Assembly (NCBI GenBank): GCA_963785305.1 | Contig: CAWAUV010000008.1 | Location: forward strand, 128,001-192,000 | Direction of reading: 5' to 3' | Source: an uncultured Planctomycetaceae bacterium | GTDB lineage: Bacteria; Planctomycetota; Planctomycetia; Pirellulales; PALSA-1355 | Length of the DNA: 64,000 bases | Shown here: in pieces, positions 1-11,512 of the stretch | Layout: each line of letters opens with the position of its first letter | How positions within the stretch are numbered: position 1 is the stretch's first letter | Notes under the pieces: generated by a model | What the model saw: the letters and a program-made list of their open reading frames with translations, nothing else | Told to the model about the DNA's origin: nothing | The model's database searches: none | Program-made: the position numbers and the translations under genes

Positions 1-61
1 GCGGTTGGAGTTTGAACGATCCGCTGGCCGGCTTCTTTTTGGCTTTGGTCGCAGTGCTCAT
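1..61 (-). CDS. groES: Co-chaperonin GroES, 5' end only (runs off window)
   Basis: Reverse complement of 1-61 reads MSTATKAKKKPASGSFKLQP(L), matching the GroES 'KLQPLxDR' start with a Lys-rich extension; GGAGG RBS upstream. Only 20 codons are visible. Confidence 0.6.
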   Translation of the reverse strand, partial: MSTATKAKKKPASGSFKLQP

Positions 62-555
62 GGGGCTATTTTTCCTCCGAAGGTAGAATGGGGAATATTG
101 GGTTCGATTGCCGAATAAAGCGAACTTGTCGCGCTGCCGCGGCCTCGCCAGGCGGTGGCGTCTGGCAGAGCGTCTGCCAATTCATGTTCGCAAAAGTCCA
201 GAGGCCGCTTTCGGAAGCAAATGGCGCGCCGCAGTCGCGCGGACGTACCTAAAGTGCTATAGCCAATTGTCTTACGAATCCGTGTCCCATTCTGGCCGGG
301 AACGCTGCAATGGCGGTTTTTGGCATGGGGTGCGCAACCTCCCGCCCCGCTATGCCAATTTGGCAGTCGCACTGCGCCGCGGGCTTGAATCCGAAATTGC
401 TCGCACTACGATGGAACTTGGGCGTTCGATCGGCTTTTTCTGGGGCAGGGCTGCCTTGTGTCGCGCCGGGTCGGCGTTTTTCGTTTCGCGAATGCGACGC
501 CCGGTTTTTCGGCGACCCTCACGATCCGGCTTCACCCTTGAAAGGCGCCCCTCCG

Positions 556-1931
556 TTGCTCCGCGCGACTCGCACAACGTGTTTTCGTTTCGTGGCTTCG
601 GTCGCGGCCGTTTGGGCCACGGGCGTTTTGAACGCCGGATTCGCGCATGCCCAAACCGCAATCACCAACTACGATCAATATCTGCTCGAGCTCACGAATT
701 GGGCCCGGGCCAATCCCACCGCCGCCGCGACCGAGTTTGGCATCAACCTCAATGAGGGACTCGCGGCCGGAACAATCACCAGCACTCCCAAGCAACCGCT
801 CGCCTTTAATCCAAGTCTGATGACTTCGGCGACCCAGTGGAGTCAGGAACTGCTCTCGACCAGCACTTTCACCCATGGCTCGTCGAGCGACGCGCCGATG
901 CAGCGAATGCAAGCGGCTGGCTATGCCTTCAATGCCCCCTGGACTTGGGGCGAAAACCTGGCCTGGGTCGGCAATCCGCCGAACTTGGCGCCGCCCGACC
1001 CCTATCTCACAACCGCTCAAATGTTCCAAGGGCTGTTCGTCGATTCGACGGAAGCCGATCGCGGGCATCGCGTCAATCTGATGACCGACAGCTTCAAGGA
1101 AGTCGGCATCGGCATTGTGTCGGGCAGTTACACCCAAGGCGGCACGACGTACAACTCGCTGATGGCCACCCAGGACTTCGCCTCGCAAGCCGGCAACTCC
1201 TTCATCACCGGAGTGGCCTACAACAACTCGAACAACACGAACTTCTACGATCCGGCCCTCGGCGGCTATGGTTCGGTCTCGGTAACCGCCACCAACCTCG
1301 CCACCGGCCAGACCTATACCACCGCCACGACCGCCTCGGGCGGCTACGAACTGCAAGTGCCCGCCGGAAACTACAGCGTGCTGTTCTCGGGAACGGGTAT
1401 TCCCTATGAGCTGTACAAGAGCGTGACGATCGGAACGCTCAATGTCGAAGTCGACGCAAGCAATACCCAGGCCGCGCATCCTTATCAAAACCCGCTCAAT
1501 CCGCTCAATGTCACCGGTTCCGGCACGGTCTCGCCGCTCGACGCGCTGGCCGTGATTCGCGAGTTGAACTCGAACCCAAACGGCGTGCTATCGACGCCGA
1601 CGCCGGGCACGGCGATTCCGTATTACTACGATGTCACCGGCACGAACAGCGTGATTCCGATCGATGCGTTGAAGATCATTCAGGCGCTCAATACCGGCCA
1701 AACAACGCCCACCGCTCCAACCCAAACGCTCTTCCCCTCGGGCTTCTCGCCCGCCTCGACCACGGTCGATGCGCTCTCGGGATCATCGGCGGCTCTAAGT
1801 CTCGTGCCGGAGCCCTCGACCTGGCGCTCATGGCGATGGCCGCGGCGGGCGGAGTGCTCTGGATGGCCCGCCGGCGCCGAGCGGCGTCCACGGGGCGGCT
1901 CGGCCTTTTGAATACTTCCACGGGCCGATAA
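556..1931 (+). CDS. Secreted CAP (SCP)-domain protein with carboxypeptidase-regulatory-like domain, planctomycete dockerin-like repeats and PEP-CTERM tail (frameshift ~1820)
   Basis: ORF 310..1911 has the signal 'FAHAQ', CAP motifs (ELTNWARANP, WGENLAW, GHRVNLM...EVGIG), two dockerin-like repeats (NVTGSGTVSPLDAL, DVTGTNSVIPIDAL) and VPEPST. Restoring one C gives LALMAMAAAGGVLWMARRRR..., with a stop at 1929-1931. Start is uncertain (TTG 556 after AAAGG). Confidence 0.75.
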
Positions 1932-2096
1932 AGCCTGGAATTCCGCGGGAGCTGGTTCCCAAACGGCGTGATTTTTGCTCTGCTATTCTCGGCGGAACTG
2001 CCTCCCCAGTGTCTTTTTGCGTCCCGATGGAAATCAGCGCCTCGCGCCGCCCTACGAGCTTTGCCCGGCGCCTCTCAATTAGGAAACGATGTTATC

Positions 2097-2453
2097 ATGG
2101 CCGACCCCGATGATTTGGTGATTATCTACAGCGCGGCGCATGTGCCCGACGCGCACATGGTGAAGAACCTGCTCGAGCGGAAAGAGATTTCGGCGCACGT
2201 GTCGGAGGAGATCGAGCCGCTGCCGGGGCTGAATATCGATTCGCCGCGCGTCTTCGTGCATCAGCGCGACGCGGCTCGGGCTCGGGCGATCATCGAGGAA
2301 TTCGAGGGCCGGCAAATCGAGCGGGCGGATCGTCCGGATTGGATCTGTCCGCAGTGCCAGGCGAACGTGGTCGGGGCGTTCGACGAATGCGATGTCTGCG
2401 GCCGATTTCGCCCCGGCAGCGAAGAGGCGGAAGAAGAAGATCAGACGGAATAG
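2097..2453 (+). CDS. DUF2007-like putative signal-transducing protein with C-terminal RanBP2-type zinc finger
   Basis: 'AHMVKNLLERKEISAHV...RVFVHQRDAARARAII' followed by W-x-C-x2-C...C-x2-C (WICPQC...ECDVC). Confidence 0.7.
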   Translation: MADPDDLVIIYSAAHVPDAHMVKNLLERKEISAHVSEEIEPLPGLNIDSPRVFVHQRDAARARAIIEEFEGRQIERADRPDWICPQCQANVVGAFDECDVCGRFRPGSEEAEEEDQTE

Positions 2454-2476
2454 CCGCGAGCTCACGCCGCCGCGGT

Positions 2477-3576
2477 TCACACCGCCGCGATTCGATGCGT
2501 GGGCACGGGGCGACCGGGACGAAAACTTTGCAGAGCGCGGATCGTTGCCCGCGCGTCGAGCGCCGCCGCCGCGCGCTCCACGGCTAGGCGGACCAGGGTA
2601 GCGAGCGTTTCGGGGTCGATGGCCACGCGGGCATTGACCACCACTTCGGCCCGCTTTGTTCTGCAGCGCGAGGGCAGCGAGAGCATTGCCGGGGTCTCGC
2701 TGCTCACGAGATTCGCGACACCGAAAAAACCTTCCCACAGGCCGATCACCTTGAGATGGGCCACCTCGGCGGCGCAGGCCACCAAGTCTTGTTGCAAGGG
2801 CGCAAGAGGCCGAGCAAAAACGCATCGAGCTCGAACGGCAAGTCGGCTTCGAGCAGCAGTTGGCTGTTGAGCCAGCCGAGTTCGGCTTCGCCCTCGGCAT
2901 AAATATCGTAATCGACATCCATCACCCGGCGGCCAAAAGCCCCTTGCTGGTCGAGCACTTCGCACAAGGCATCGAACCCTTCGCCGGTCTTGGCCGAAAG
3001 CCGCACGACCGCGCGGCCGGGAAATTCATGTTCGAGCAACTCGGCGAGTTCCTGGACCTCGTCGGGCGATAATTCATCGGTGCGATTCACGATCACGAAA
3101 TCGGCTTCTTCGATCTGCTTGCGAAAAATATATTCCGCCTTGGACGAAAAACCGCCCTTGGCCCGCTTGAGAATCCTCACGCCATGGCTCGGCTTGACGA
3201 TCACGCCATAGGGCGCGATGTCGAATGGCCGCGCATAAATCCGTTCGAGCGGGCGAATCACCGTCGCCACCAAATCCGTGCAACTGCCGACCGGCTCGGC
3301 CAAGATCACATCCGGCCGCTCGCCGGCGCCCAGGCCCTCGACAGCGCCGGTCAGCGCATCGAAATTGCAGCAGAAACACGAGCCCGCGACCTCGCCCACC
3401 TCGAAGCCCGCGCCGCGAAGCAGGCTCGTATCCACGAGGTCGGTCGTTTGGTCGTTGGTCACAATGCCCACTCGCTTGCCTTGCGATTGAAACCGCCGGG
3501 CGAGTCGGGCAAGGGTCGTGGTTTTGCCGGCGCCTAGAAAGCCGCCGAGCAGAATGAATCGCGGGGTCGTGGTCAT
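2477..3576 (-). CDS. CobW/P47K (COG0523-like) G3E P-loop GTPase, putative metallochaperone (frameshift ~2800)
   Basis: [11 protein letters not shown]alker A, GSCFCC metal motif, AEPVGSC, NRTD and SAKTGEG; the C-terminus continues in ORF 2477..2965 ([10 protein letters not shown]...[10 protein letters not shown]). ATG overlaps the upstream stop (ATGA). Confidence 0.85.
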
Positions 3577-4503
3577 GAAGGGTCCTCGAGCGTTGAAGTC
3601 GCGTGCGCCGGCAGCCTGGGTCGCAACAGCCTTTGATAAAAACCGCCGCCCGCGATGGCCCCCAGGATCGGCGCCAGAATATACACTACCAGCCAGCCCT
3701 GACCACGCGGCCCAGGCAGCGCCACCGGGCCCCAACCGGCAAGATACGCGAACAGGCGCGGCCCAAAGTCGCGGGCCGGGTTGAAGCACGCTTGCGTGAG
3801 CGGCGCGAGCACGCAGATCAGCGCCGTGACGGTCAGGCCGATGAACACGGGCGCCAGATTGGCGAGCGGTCGCCCGACGTTGCGTGGATCGGTCACGGCG
3901 AACACCACGATCGCGAGGATCATCGTGCCCAGCAGTTCGGCCAGCGCGGCGGCTTCTTGGCTGAATCGTGCATTGAGCAGCTTCGTGCATCGCCACGTCA
4001 TAAGCGCCGCCCGCGGCGCCCAAGGAGCCGGGGTTCGGGAAATATTCGCCGTAGCACATCGCCGTGATGATGCTGCCCGGCTCACCGCGCACGACGCCTT
4101 TTTCGGATTCCTTGGCGGCGAGATAACTCGAAAACAAAGTGAAAAGCATCAGGGCCCCGAACATCGCCCCGCAAACTTGCGCCGCGATGTACGGTCCCAC
4201 GCTTCGCCAGGGATGGCGATTCCAAGCAGCGAAGGCCAGCGTGATCGCGGGGTTCAAATGCGCACCGCTGATGGCGCCGACCACGAAGATCGCGAGCATG
4301 ATCGCCAGCCCCCACACGATCGCCACCGCGCCCAGGCCCAGGGCGCCAAAGAGCACATCGACATGCACCGCCCCGCAGCCGAAGAACACGAGTAAAAACG
4401 TGCCGAACGCTTCGGCCAACAACACACCGAGAAAAGACGGGCGACACGCCTCTGGCGATTCCGGTACCGGTTCGTTCATGAAAAGGTCGGCCTCGCTCAT
4501 CAA
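3573..4503 (-). CDS. MIP-family aquaglyceroporin, GlpF-like (frameshift ~3975)
   Basis: AEAFGTF and [10 protein letters not shown] in ORF 2746..4503; AELLGT and [10 protein letters not shown] in ORF 3573..4085; six hydrophobic segments. Confidence 0.9.
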
Positions 4504-5003
4504 AGTCGCCGGAAGCTCGATTCAAGGGCCAAGAAACAGCGGGTCAACGAAAGACGGACATTCTAACGACGGTTTGAATGCCCCGCAAAGCGCGAGCCAT
4601 ACAAATAACTGAGCCGCACGCGCGGGGCTCCGCCGGAGTCGGCGTCGACCGCCAGCGGCGGACTGGTTCATTTTCTGTTGGCCGCCGGGATCGAGGTCTC
4701 GGTTCCGGCGCACTGCCTCGACGTGATTCGCTGTCTGGCCGAGAGCGTTCGGCGCGCGGGCGCCGAGCGTTGTGAACAACGCCGCGTCGCCTGCGAACGG
4801 GATGTCGACAGGGAGACACCCAGGGAGATATCAGACAAACGAGCGATCGTCCGCCACCGAGGAATATCGCCGCAACCGCAAGACGCCGCGGCAAGCGGCC
4901 ACGCTCTTCGGACCCGCGGGGGGCAAATTCTTTCCGCGAGGGAGCCGAACGAAATGGGCTCACGCAAACGGGCGCGGTTGCAAGGAAACGCCGTTTGGAT
5001 GGC

Positions 5004-5029
5004 GCATGCCCACGCGAGCGTGGACATGC
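5004..5029. repeat. REP-like palindrome GCATGCCCAC-GCGAGC-GTGGACATGC
   Basis: Intergenic imperfect palindrome; the same family occurs twice inside the element at 32222-32397. Confidence 0.65.
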
Positions 5030-5061
5030 GGCCGTCTTTCGCGGCCAAAATGCAAAAAAAA

Positions 5062-5091
5062 TTGACTTTTTCGCGCGCTCGCCGGTATACT
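5062..5091 (+). promoter_or_regulatory. Putative sigma70-type promoter upstream of DUF1501 gene
   Basis: TTGACT-N18-TATACT with an A-tract immediately upstream. Confidence 0.55.
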
Positions 5092-5248
5092 GAGGCGATC
5101 ATCGGCTAGGCCCGCCTTAGCTCGACTCGCCCCGACAGCTTGCCGCGTTTGACCGCGTCGTTCGTCCCACGAGAGTCGTCGAAGTCAGTCCCCACCGAGG
5201 CGCCCCGAGTCACTGTGTCTCGAATCCTTTGCTGGAGGCAATCAATCC

Positions 5249-6741
5249 ATGTTGCGCATTCCCGGACAATTGGGCAACGACCTGTGCGACCGTGGCTTGC
5301 GACCGAGTCGGCGCGACTTGCTGCGAGTCGGCGGATCGGCCCTCTTGGGACTCACCTTGGGCGATCTATTTCGCGCACAGGCCGGCGCGGCCCGCGCGGC
5401 GACGAGCGAGCCGGTGGCCTTCAGCGGCGGCGGACCGGGGTGGGGCAAGGCCAAGAGCGTGATCATGCTCTATTTGCAAGGCGGCCCCAGCCATCTCGAC
5501 CTTTGGGACCCGAAGGAAAACGTGCCCGACAATGTGCGGAGCGTGTTCAAGCCGATCGCGACCAAAGTGCCGGGCGTGCAATTCACCGAGCTGCATGCCG
5601 CGGCTTGGCCGAAGTGACCGACAAGCTCACATTGATTCGTTCGCTGAGCTATACGCCGATTGGCTTGTTCAACCACACCGCCGCCATCTATCAGATGCAC
5701 ACCGGCTACACGACCGATAAGGTCAGTCCCTCGGGCCAGCTCGAACCGCCCACGCCGAAGGATTTTCCCACGTTTGGCTCGAACATCATTCGGCTCAAAC
5801 CGCCCACGGAGCCGATGCTGCCGTTTGTGATGTTGCCGCGTCCGTTGCAGGAGAGCAACGTGGTGGGCAAGGGCGGATCGGCCGGCTTTCTGGGCCGGGC
5901 CTTCGACCCCTACGTGCTTTATCCGGGCGGAGCCGATAGCGACGCGGGAGTGCTCGACGCGATCAAGCTCGACGATCTGACGCTGCGGCCCGAGGTGTCT
6001 ACCGCCCGGCTCGAGCGGCGGGCTCGCCTGCGCGACCTGATTAACGACGGCATGCCGGCCCTTGACAAGGCTGTCGCGAAATACGATCTCGACGAATACT
6101 ACTTGAAGGCGATGGGGCTCATCAGTTCGGGCCGAGCCCGGGACGCCTTCGACCTGCAAAAAGAGCCGACCGCGATGCGCGATCGTTACGGTCGCACCAC
6201 CTTTGGTCAAAGCTGCTTGCTCGCCCGGCGGCTGGTCGAAGCGGGCACTCGGGTGGTGGAAGTCGTTTGGCCCAAGGTGGCCAATTCCGACAATCACTCG
6301 TTCGATGTGCATGTGGGCCTGTCGGGCCGCATGAAGAACCAAAGCGCTCCGATGCTCGATCCGGCCGTGGCGAGCCTGATCGCCGATCTCGACGACCGGG
6401 GCATGCTCGACGAGACGCTTGTCGTGGCCGTGGGCGAATTCGGCCGCAGTCCGCAGCGGGGCGTGAGCACCTCGGGCAACGGCAACAGCGACGATGGCCG
6501 CGACCACTGGCCGTATTGCTATACCTGCGTGATGGCCGGGGCGGGCATCAAGCGGGGTTTCGTGTATGGCAAGAGCGACGCCACGGGCTCGGCTCCCCTG
6601 GAGACGCCGGTTCACCCCACGGAATTACTGGCGACAATTTACCATGCGATGGGTATCAATCCGCTCACGATCGTGTATAATCATTTGAATCAACCCCGAG
6701 AACTTGTTAAGGGCGAAGCGGTCACACAAGTGTTCGCCTGA
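5249..6741 (+). CDS. DUF1501 domain protein with Tat-like signal (frameshift ~5597)
   Basis: [10 protein letters not shown] and [22 protein letters not shown], then [28 protein letters not shown] and ATIYHAMGI in ORF 5140..6741. Confidence 0.9.
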
Positions 6742-6791
6742 TGTCCGGTTCGGCGCCTCCCGCCCCGCAGCTTCACGTCTAATTCGTCTCG

Positions 6792-6826
6792 GCACAGGCC
6801 CCGTCCCCAACGGGGCTTGTGCTTTT
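6792..6826 (+). terminator. Rho-independent terminator
   Basis: GCACAGGCCCCGT-loop-ACGGGGCTTGTGC stem followed by TTTT, 50 nt after the DUF1501 stop. Confidence 0.6.
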
Positions 6827-7032
6827 GATGGGGGCATTTTTTCCGCGACGTTGAACGCGTCCTTTCGCCGCGTCGCGTATTTCGCGGCGCCGGTGGATCT
6901 GCCTCATGATTCGCTCCGACGCTTTTCCCCAGCGATTTGGTGGCAAGCGGTGGCCGGTGAAGTTAACATGCTGGACGTGCCCGCCCGGAGTTCCATTCCC
7001 CTCCACCCCTTAAGAATTTGCAAGGAGACGTC

Positions 7033-8029
7033 ATGCGTCGGTTCTCTGTTCGGTTTATGTCGATGGCTTGGCTCGTGGCCGCGCTGGTGAGTTCGTTGTC
7101 ATGCGCTCGGGCGGCCGAGCAGGAAGCGTTTACCGATCCGGCCAAGGCGGGGCCCGACTTCGCCGTGCAAGGCGAATACGTCGGCGACTTGAACTGGCAC
7201 GGCGCCGAACACCAAGATCGGTGTCCAAGTCATCGCCCTGGGTGATGGAAAATTCGACGCCGTGCTCCATGCCGGCGGTTTGCCGGGCGACGGTTGGAAA
7301 CGCGGCGATTTCCGTGAAAAAGCCACCGGCAAGACCGAAGGCGACGCCACGAATTTCAAATCCGACAAATGGACCGCCAAACTCGCCGACGGCAAGCTCA
7401 CGGTGATGGGCTCGGGCGGCGAATCGCTCGGCTCGCTCGCCAAGGTGGAGCGCAAGAGCCCCACGCTTGGCGAGAAACCGCCCGCCGGCGCCGTGGTGCT
7501 GTTCGATGGATCGAACGCCGATCAATTCAAAAACGGCAAGATCGTCGAGGGCGACTTGCTCTTGGCCGGCACGTTTACCAAGGCCGACTTCAAGGACTTC
7601 ACCTTGCACCTCGAATTTCGCACCCCGTTCGTGCCCAAGGCCCGTGGACAAGGTCGCGGCAACAGCGGGCTCTACTTGCAGAACCGCTACGAAGTCCAGG
7701 TGCTCGACTCCTTCGGCCTCGAAGGCGAGAACAACGAGTGCGGCGGCATTTACCAGCTTGCGCATCCGGTGGTGAATATGTGCCTGCCGCCCTTGAGCTG
7801 GCAGACCTACGATGTGCGGTTCACCGCCGCTCGCTACGAAGGCAAAGACAAAGTAAAAGACGCCCGGGTCACGATTCGGCAAAACGGCGTCGTGATTCAA
7901 GACGATCTCGATCTCGCGCACGCCACGCCGGGCGGCCAAGGCGAAGGTCCCGGTCCGGCCCCGCTGCAACTGCAAGCGCATGGCAACCCGGTGACATATC
8001 GCAATATCTGGATCGTGCCGTCGAACTAA
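7033..8029 (+). CDS. DUF1080 (3-keto-disaccharide hydrolase-like) secreted protein (frameshift ~7210)
   Basis: Signal peptide, then VVLFDGS, DFTLHLEF, RGNSGLY, YEVQVLDS, WQTYD and LQLQAHGNPVTYRNIWI; AAGGAG RBS. Confidence 0.85.
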
Positions 8030-8060
8030 CGCCTCGCGGAGCGTGGGCCTCAAGCAGTTT

Positions 8061-8101
8061 GTTGAAAAGTGCCCTCGTGGTCCCTCGTGGCATTTTTCAA
8101 C
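8061..8101. repeat. Short inverted-repeat element between convergent genes (terminator or MITE relic)
   Basis: GTTGAAAAGTGCC...GGCATTTTTCAAC (12/13 match) enclosing CCCTCGTGG twice. Confidence 0.5.
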
Positions 8102-8208
8102 CTCGCCAAGCGCCGAGCAAAGCGCGTCCTTGCGGCGGCGCAGCCTGCTTCAGAAGCTCCGCCAACTGGTCGGAAAGAAAGCAAGGCGCTCGCTCGGGCA
8201 AAGCAGGC

Positions 8209-9310
8209 TCACGCGGCGCGTTTCGATTCGCCGAGCTCGTCGTGGGGCGCTTCGTTGGCCGGCATCGTGATCGTGCTCGCCTTGGCAAAGGAGACCAACC
8301 GCTGGCGGTCTTCGTCCCAGAGCTTCAGCGACGCGCAGCCAAGGCTTTGCCAAAACCCGAGCGTGACCACGCGACGCAGACTGGACTCCGCCTCGTGGCA
8401 GGCCGGCAGGTTGTAATTGGGGATGCGGCTATTGAGATGATGGATGTGATGAAAGCCGATGTTGCCCGTGAACCATTGGAGCACGCGCGGGAGGCGATAA
8501 TACGAACTCCCGGCCAGCGCGGCCTCGGTGAAGTCCCACGAATGATCCGGCCGCCAGTAAGCGTCCTCGAATTGATGCTGCACGAAAAACAACCAGCTAC
8601 CGGCCGCGGCGGCGAGGGTAATCACCGGAATTTCCACGAGCAAGAACGTCGCCGAGGCCGATCGTCCGCCAAGCGAGCGCGAGCACCGCGAGCATCGCGA
8701 GGTTCGTCGCATGAACGCTCCGTCGCTCGCGTTTCCATGATTTGGGAACATTCCCCGCGAAGCGTTGTCGAATCAGAAACGCATACGTCGAACCCACGAC
8801 GAACATGAACAACGGATGTCGATACGCGCGATAGCGGAGTCGCCCCCAAGGCGAGAGCGCCAAGTATTCGTTCACCGTCAACGTGCCCACGTCGCCCAGG
8901 CCGCGATGGCTGAGATTGCCGCTGGTCACATGATGTCGCGAGTGCGTGCGCCGCCAGAAGTGATAAGGCGTGCAGGTCAGCACTCCACACACGAAGCCGA
9001 GTCCGTCGTTGGCTCTCTGGCCATGAAAAAACGAATGATGCCCGCAGTCGTGTTGAATGATGAACACGCGCAGGAGAAAGCCCGCCGTGGGAACGGCGAG
9101 CAACAGCGTCAGCCACCACGACACGAACGAGCCCAGATAAGCCAGATACCAGCAGGCGAAGAACGGCGGAATCGAATTCGCAACCTGCCAGCAGCTTTTC
9201 CAGGTGTTCGCGTGCTTGTGGCGCGAGATCGTTTCGCTCCACGCGGCGCCAGTGGATTCCGTGTCTTCATTCGACACGATCTTCACCTTTCCGCTGCTCA
9301 TGCGAGACAT
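8209..9310 (-). CDS. Membrane fatty acid desaturase, Bacillus Des-like (frameshift ~8650)
   Basis: His boxes HDCGH, HSRHH and FHHIHH, plus FFVQHQFE and RIPNYNL, across ORFs 8597..9391 and 8209..8751. Confidence 0.9.
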
Positions 9311-9899
9311 GGACTTCGCCAAGGTGACTTCCTTGATAGGGTGCTGTCCAAAGCCACATCCGCGGCGCGGACGCGGGTCAATCCGATGCAAGGATCACGA
9401 ACGACTGGGAAATGGCCAGACGCCCGCGAGTTCCCGCGGCGTCTCGACGAGATTGGTTGTTCACGGACTTCGCGTCGCACAATGCGTCGGCAGAAGGTAG
9501 CGACAACGCGGGTCGGCGCATATGCCAATCGCGGCGAGTCCAATCGCCAAAGCGCCAGCGCCCCGTGCTCGATGCTTTCGCGGTCGCGCGGCGAAGTATC
9601 GTTTTCGTGACAGCACCGGCAATGATGGCAGCGGGCGGCGGCCGCGAGTCGGCCGAGGAAATCCCGCCGGATTGCCGACAAAGCGAAGGCAATCGCGGCC
9701 GACCGAAGGAAGCGTCCTCGGGGCAGTCCTTGAAATTTCGGCCGGATTCAAGCCCACCCCGCCACGGGGCGCGGGGCGTTGTCCGAGGCCCCGGGCCAAG
9801 TTATTGCTCCGCGCATGGCCCCAGACTATGATGCGGCTCTTGGCGCCGATGCGTTTTTTCGTTCCCCACCCCGGCCTCGCTTCACATCAAGCGGTGACA

Positions 9900-11357
9900 A
9901 TGAACACAAAAAAGCTTCTCGGATCATCGTGGGTCGTCGGCTTGCCGCTGGGCGCCGTGGCGATCATGACATTCATGGCGCCGACGCATCGGCTGGCTAC
10001 AGCCGCCGACCCGAGCCCCGATTCGAAAATCAAAGTCGTCTTCGACATTGAAATCAAGGCCGGCGAGCTCGAGCGACGGCATAGCCCAGCCAGTGCCACG
10101 CTGACTTTGCCGGCAACGCTCACCCAGGAAAATGGGCTCGGCGTCACTCTGACCGACGCCGCCGGCAAAGAGCATTCGGCTCAACTCACCGAAGCGCCGC
10201 TTCTAGCGCAAGACGCGACCGCCGGCGCCAAGCCGACGCGCAATCGGCTGAACTTCATTGTCGATCATTTGGCCCGCGGGGCGAGCGAACATTGGGCCGC
10301 CACGATCGCCAGTCCCGCCGCCGGAGCGGCCAATAGCGCCTCGGCGAGCAGCGCCGGAGCGCCGGGTTTCGAATGGTGCGCCACGCCGGGGGATCATATC
10401 GACCTCGAATATCGCGATGCGCGTGGCGAACGGCCGGTGTTGCGGTATATGAATCAGCCGCTCGATGAATCGAGCAAGGAAGCCCGCTCGGCCACGTTCA
10501 AGGTATATCATCACGTCTTCGATCCCAGCGGCGTGACCCTGCTCACCAAGGGCGTGGGCGGCGAATTCACGCACCACCGTGGCCTGTTCTTCGGCTTTAA
10601 TAAGGTCAGCTACGATGGCGGCGCCAAGAAAGCCGATGTTTGGCATTGCACCGGCGACGCCTTCCAATCGCACGACGACACCCTGGCCAGCGAAGCCGGG
10701 CCGGTGCTCGGCCGGCATCGCCTTTCGATCGGCTGGCATGGTCCGGGCAAGGAAACCTTTGCCGAGGAGCATCGCGAGCTCACGGCCTATGCTCCGCCGA
10801 GCGCCGCGAGCGGCATGCCGGTCGGCACACTGGTCGAATTCGCCACGCGGGTGCGGCCCGTGAAAGGCGAAGTGAAGCTCGATGGCGATCCGCAGCATGC
10901 CGGCTTCCACTTCCGCGCTTCGCAAGAAGTGAGCGAGCGCGCGACGAAACTGAAGAGGGAAGGCGCGAAAGCCGAACCCCAGCTTCGCGAGCACCAGACG
11001 TATTTCCTGAGGCCCAACGGCATCGGCAAGCCGGGCGAGACGCGCAACTGGGATGTGAAGAATGAGTCCACCAAGGGCGAAGTCAATTATCCCTGGAAGG
11101 GCATGAGCTTCGTCGTGGCCGATCATCGTTATACGGTGGCGTATCTCGATCGGCCCACGAATCCCAAGGAATCTCGCTTCAGCGAACGCGACTACGGCCG
11201 CTTCGGATCGTATTTCGAATACACGATGACTGCCGAGCACCCGCTCGAACTGAACTATCGGGTTTGGATTCAGCCGGGAGAAATGAAGCTCGAAGACATC
11301 GCGGCGCTCGACGAGGACTTCAATCACCCGATCGAAGTCGTGGCGACGGCGAAATAG
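9900..11357 (+). CDS. Secreted PmoA-like/DUF6807 family protein
   Basis: Signal peptide; PVLRYM, YHHVFDPSG, FTHHRGLFFGF, HAGFHFRA, DRPTNP, RDYGRFG and LELNYRVWI. Confidence 0.7.
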   Translation: MNTKKLLGSSWVVGLPLGAVAIMTFMAPTHRLATAADPSPDSKIKVVFDIEIKAGELERRHSPASATLTLPATLTQENGLGVTLTDAAGKEHSAQLTEAPLLAQDATAGAKPTRNRLNFIVDHLARGASEHWAATIASPAAGAANSASASSAGAPGFEWCATPGDHIDLEYRDARGERPVLRYMNQPLDESSKEARSATFKVYHHVFDPSGVTLLTKGVGGEFTHHRGLFFGFNKVSYDGGAKKADVWHCTGDAFQSHDDTLASEAGPVLGRHRLSIGWHGPGKETFAEEHRELTAYAPPSAASGMPVGTLVEFATRVRPVKGEVKLDGDPQHAGFHFRASQEVSERATKLKREGAKAEPQLREHQTYFLRPNGIGKPGETRNWDVKNESTKGEVNYPWKGMSFVVADHRYTVAYLDRPTNPKESRFSERDYGRFGSYFEYTMTAEHPLELNYRVWIQPGEMKLEDIAALDEDFNHPIEVVATAK

Positions 11358-11512
11358 GCGATCGTGCCTTGCGTCGGCGGTATTGCGTCGGCGGCCGTGG
11401 CCTCGCCGGCGACGGGTCGCCGATATCGCGCCGTCAACTCGACCGCTCTCGATTATCCACTTCCGAGGAATCTCGCAAGCGTCCGCTTCGGGCGCGACTG
11501 GAAAGACCATCA

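Noticed and set aside
2746..4503. Apparent 585-aa aquaporin-GTPase fusion ORF
   Set aside because: A frameshift at ~3975 creates it; the real aquaporin C-half is in ORF 3573..4085 and stops at the GTPase ATG.
4544..4963. Possible small gene upstream of the aquaporin
   Set aside because: No recognisable motifs or RBS; cannot be supported, though a frameshifted orphan is not excluded.
9900..11357. Particulate methane monooxygenase subunit
   Set aside because: A soluble secreted protein of the misleadingly named PmoA-like family; no multi-TM pattern and no pmoB/pmoC.
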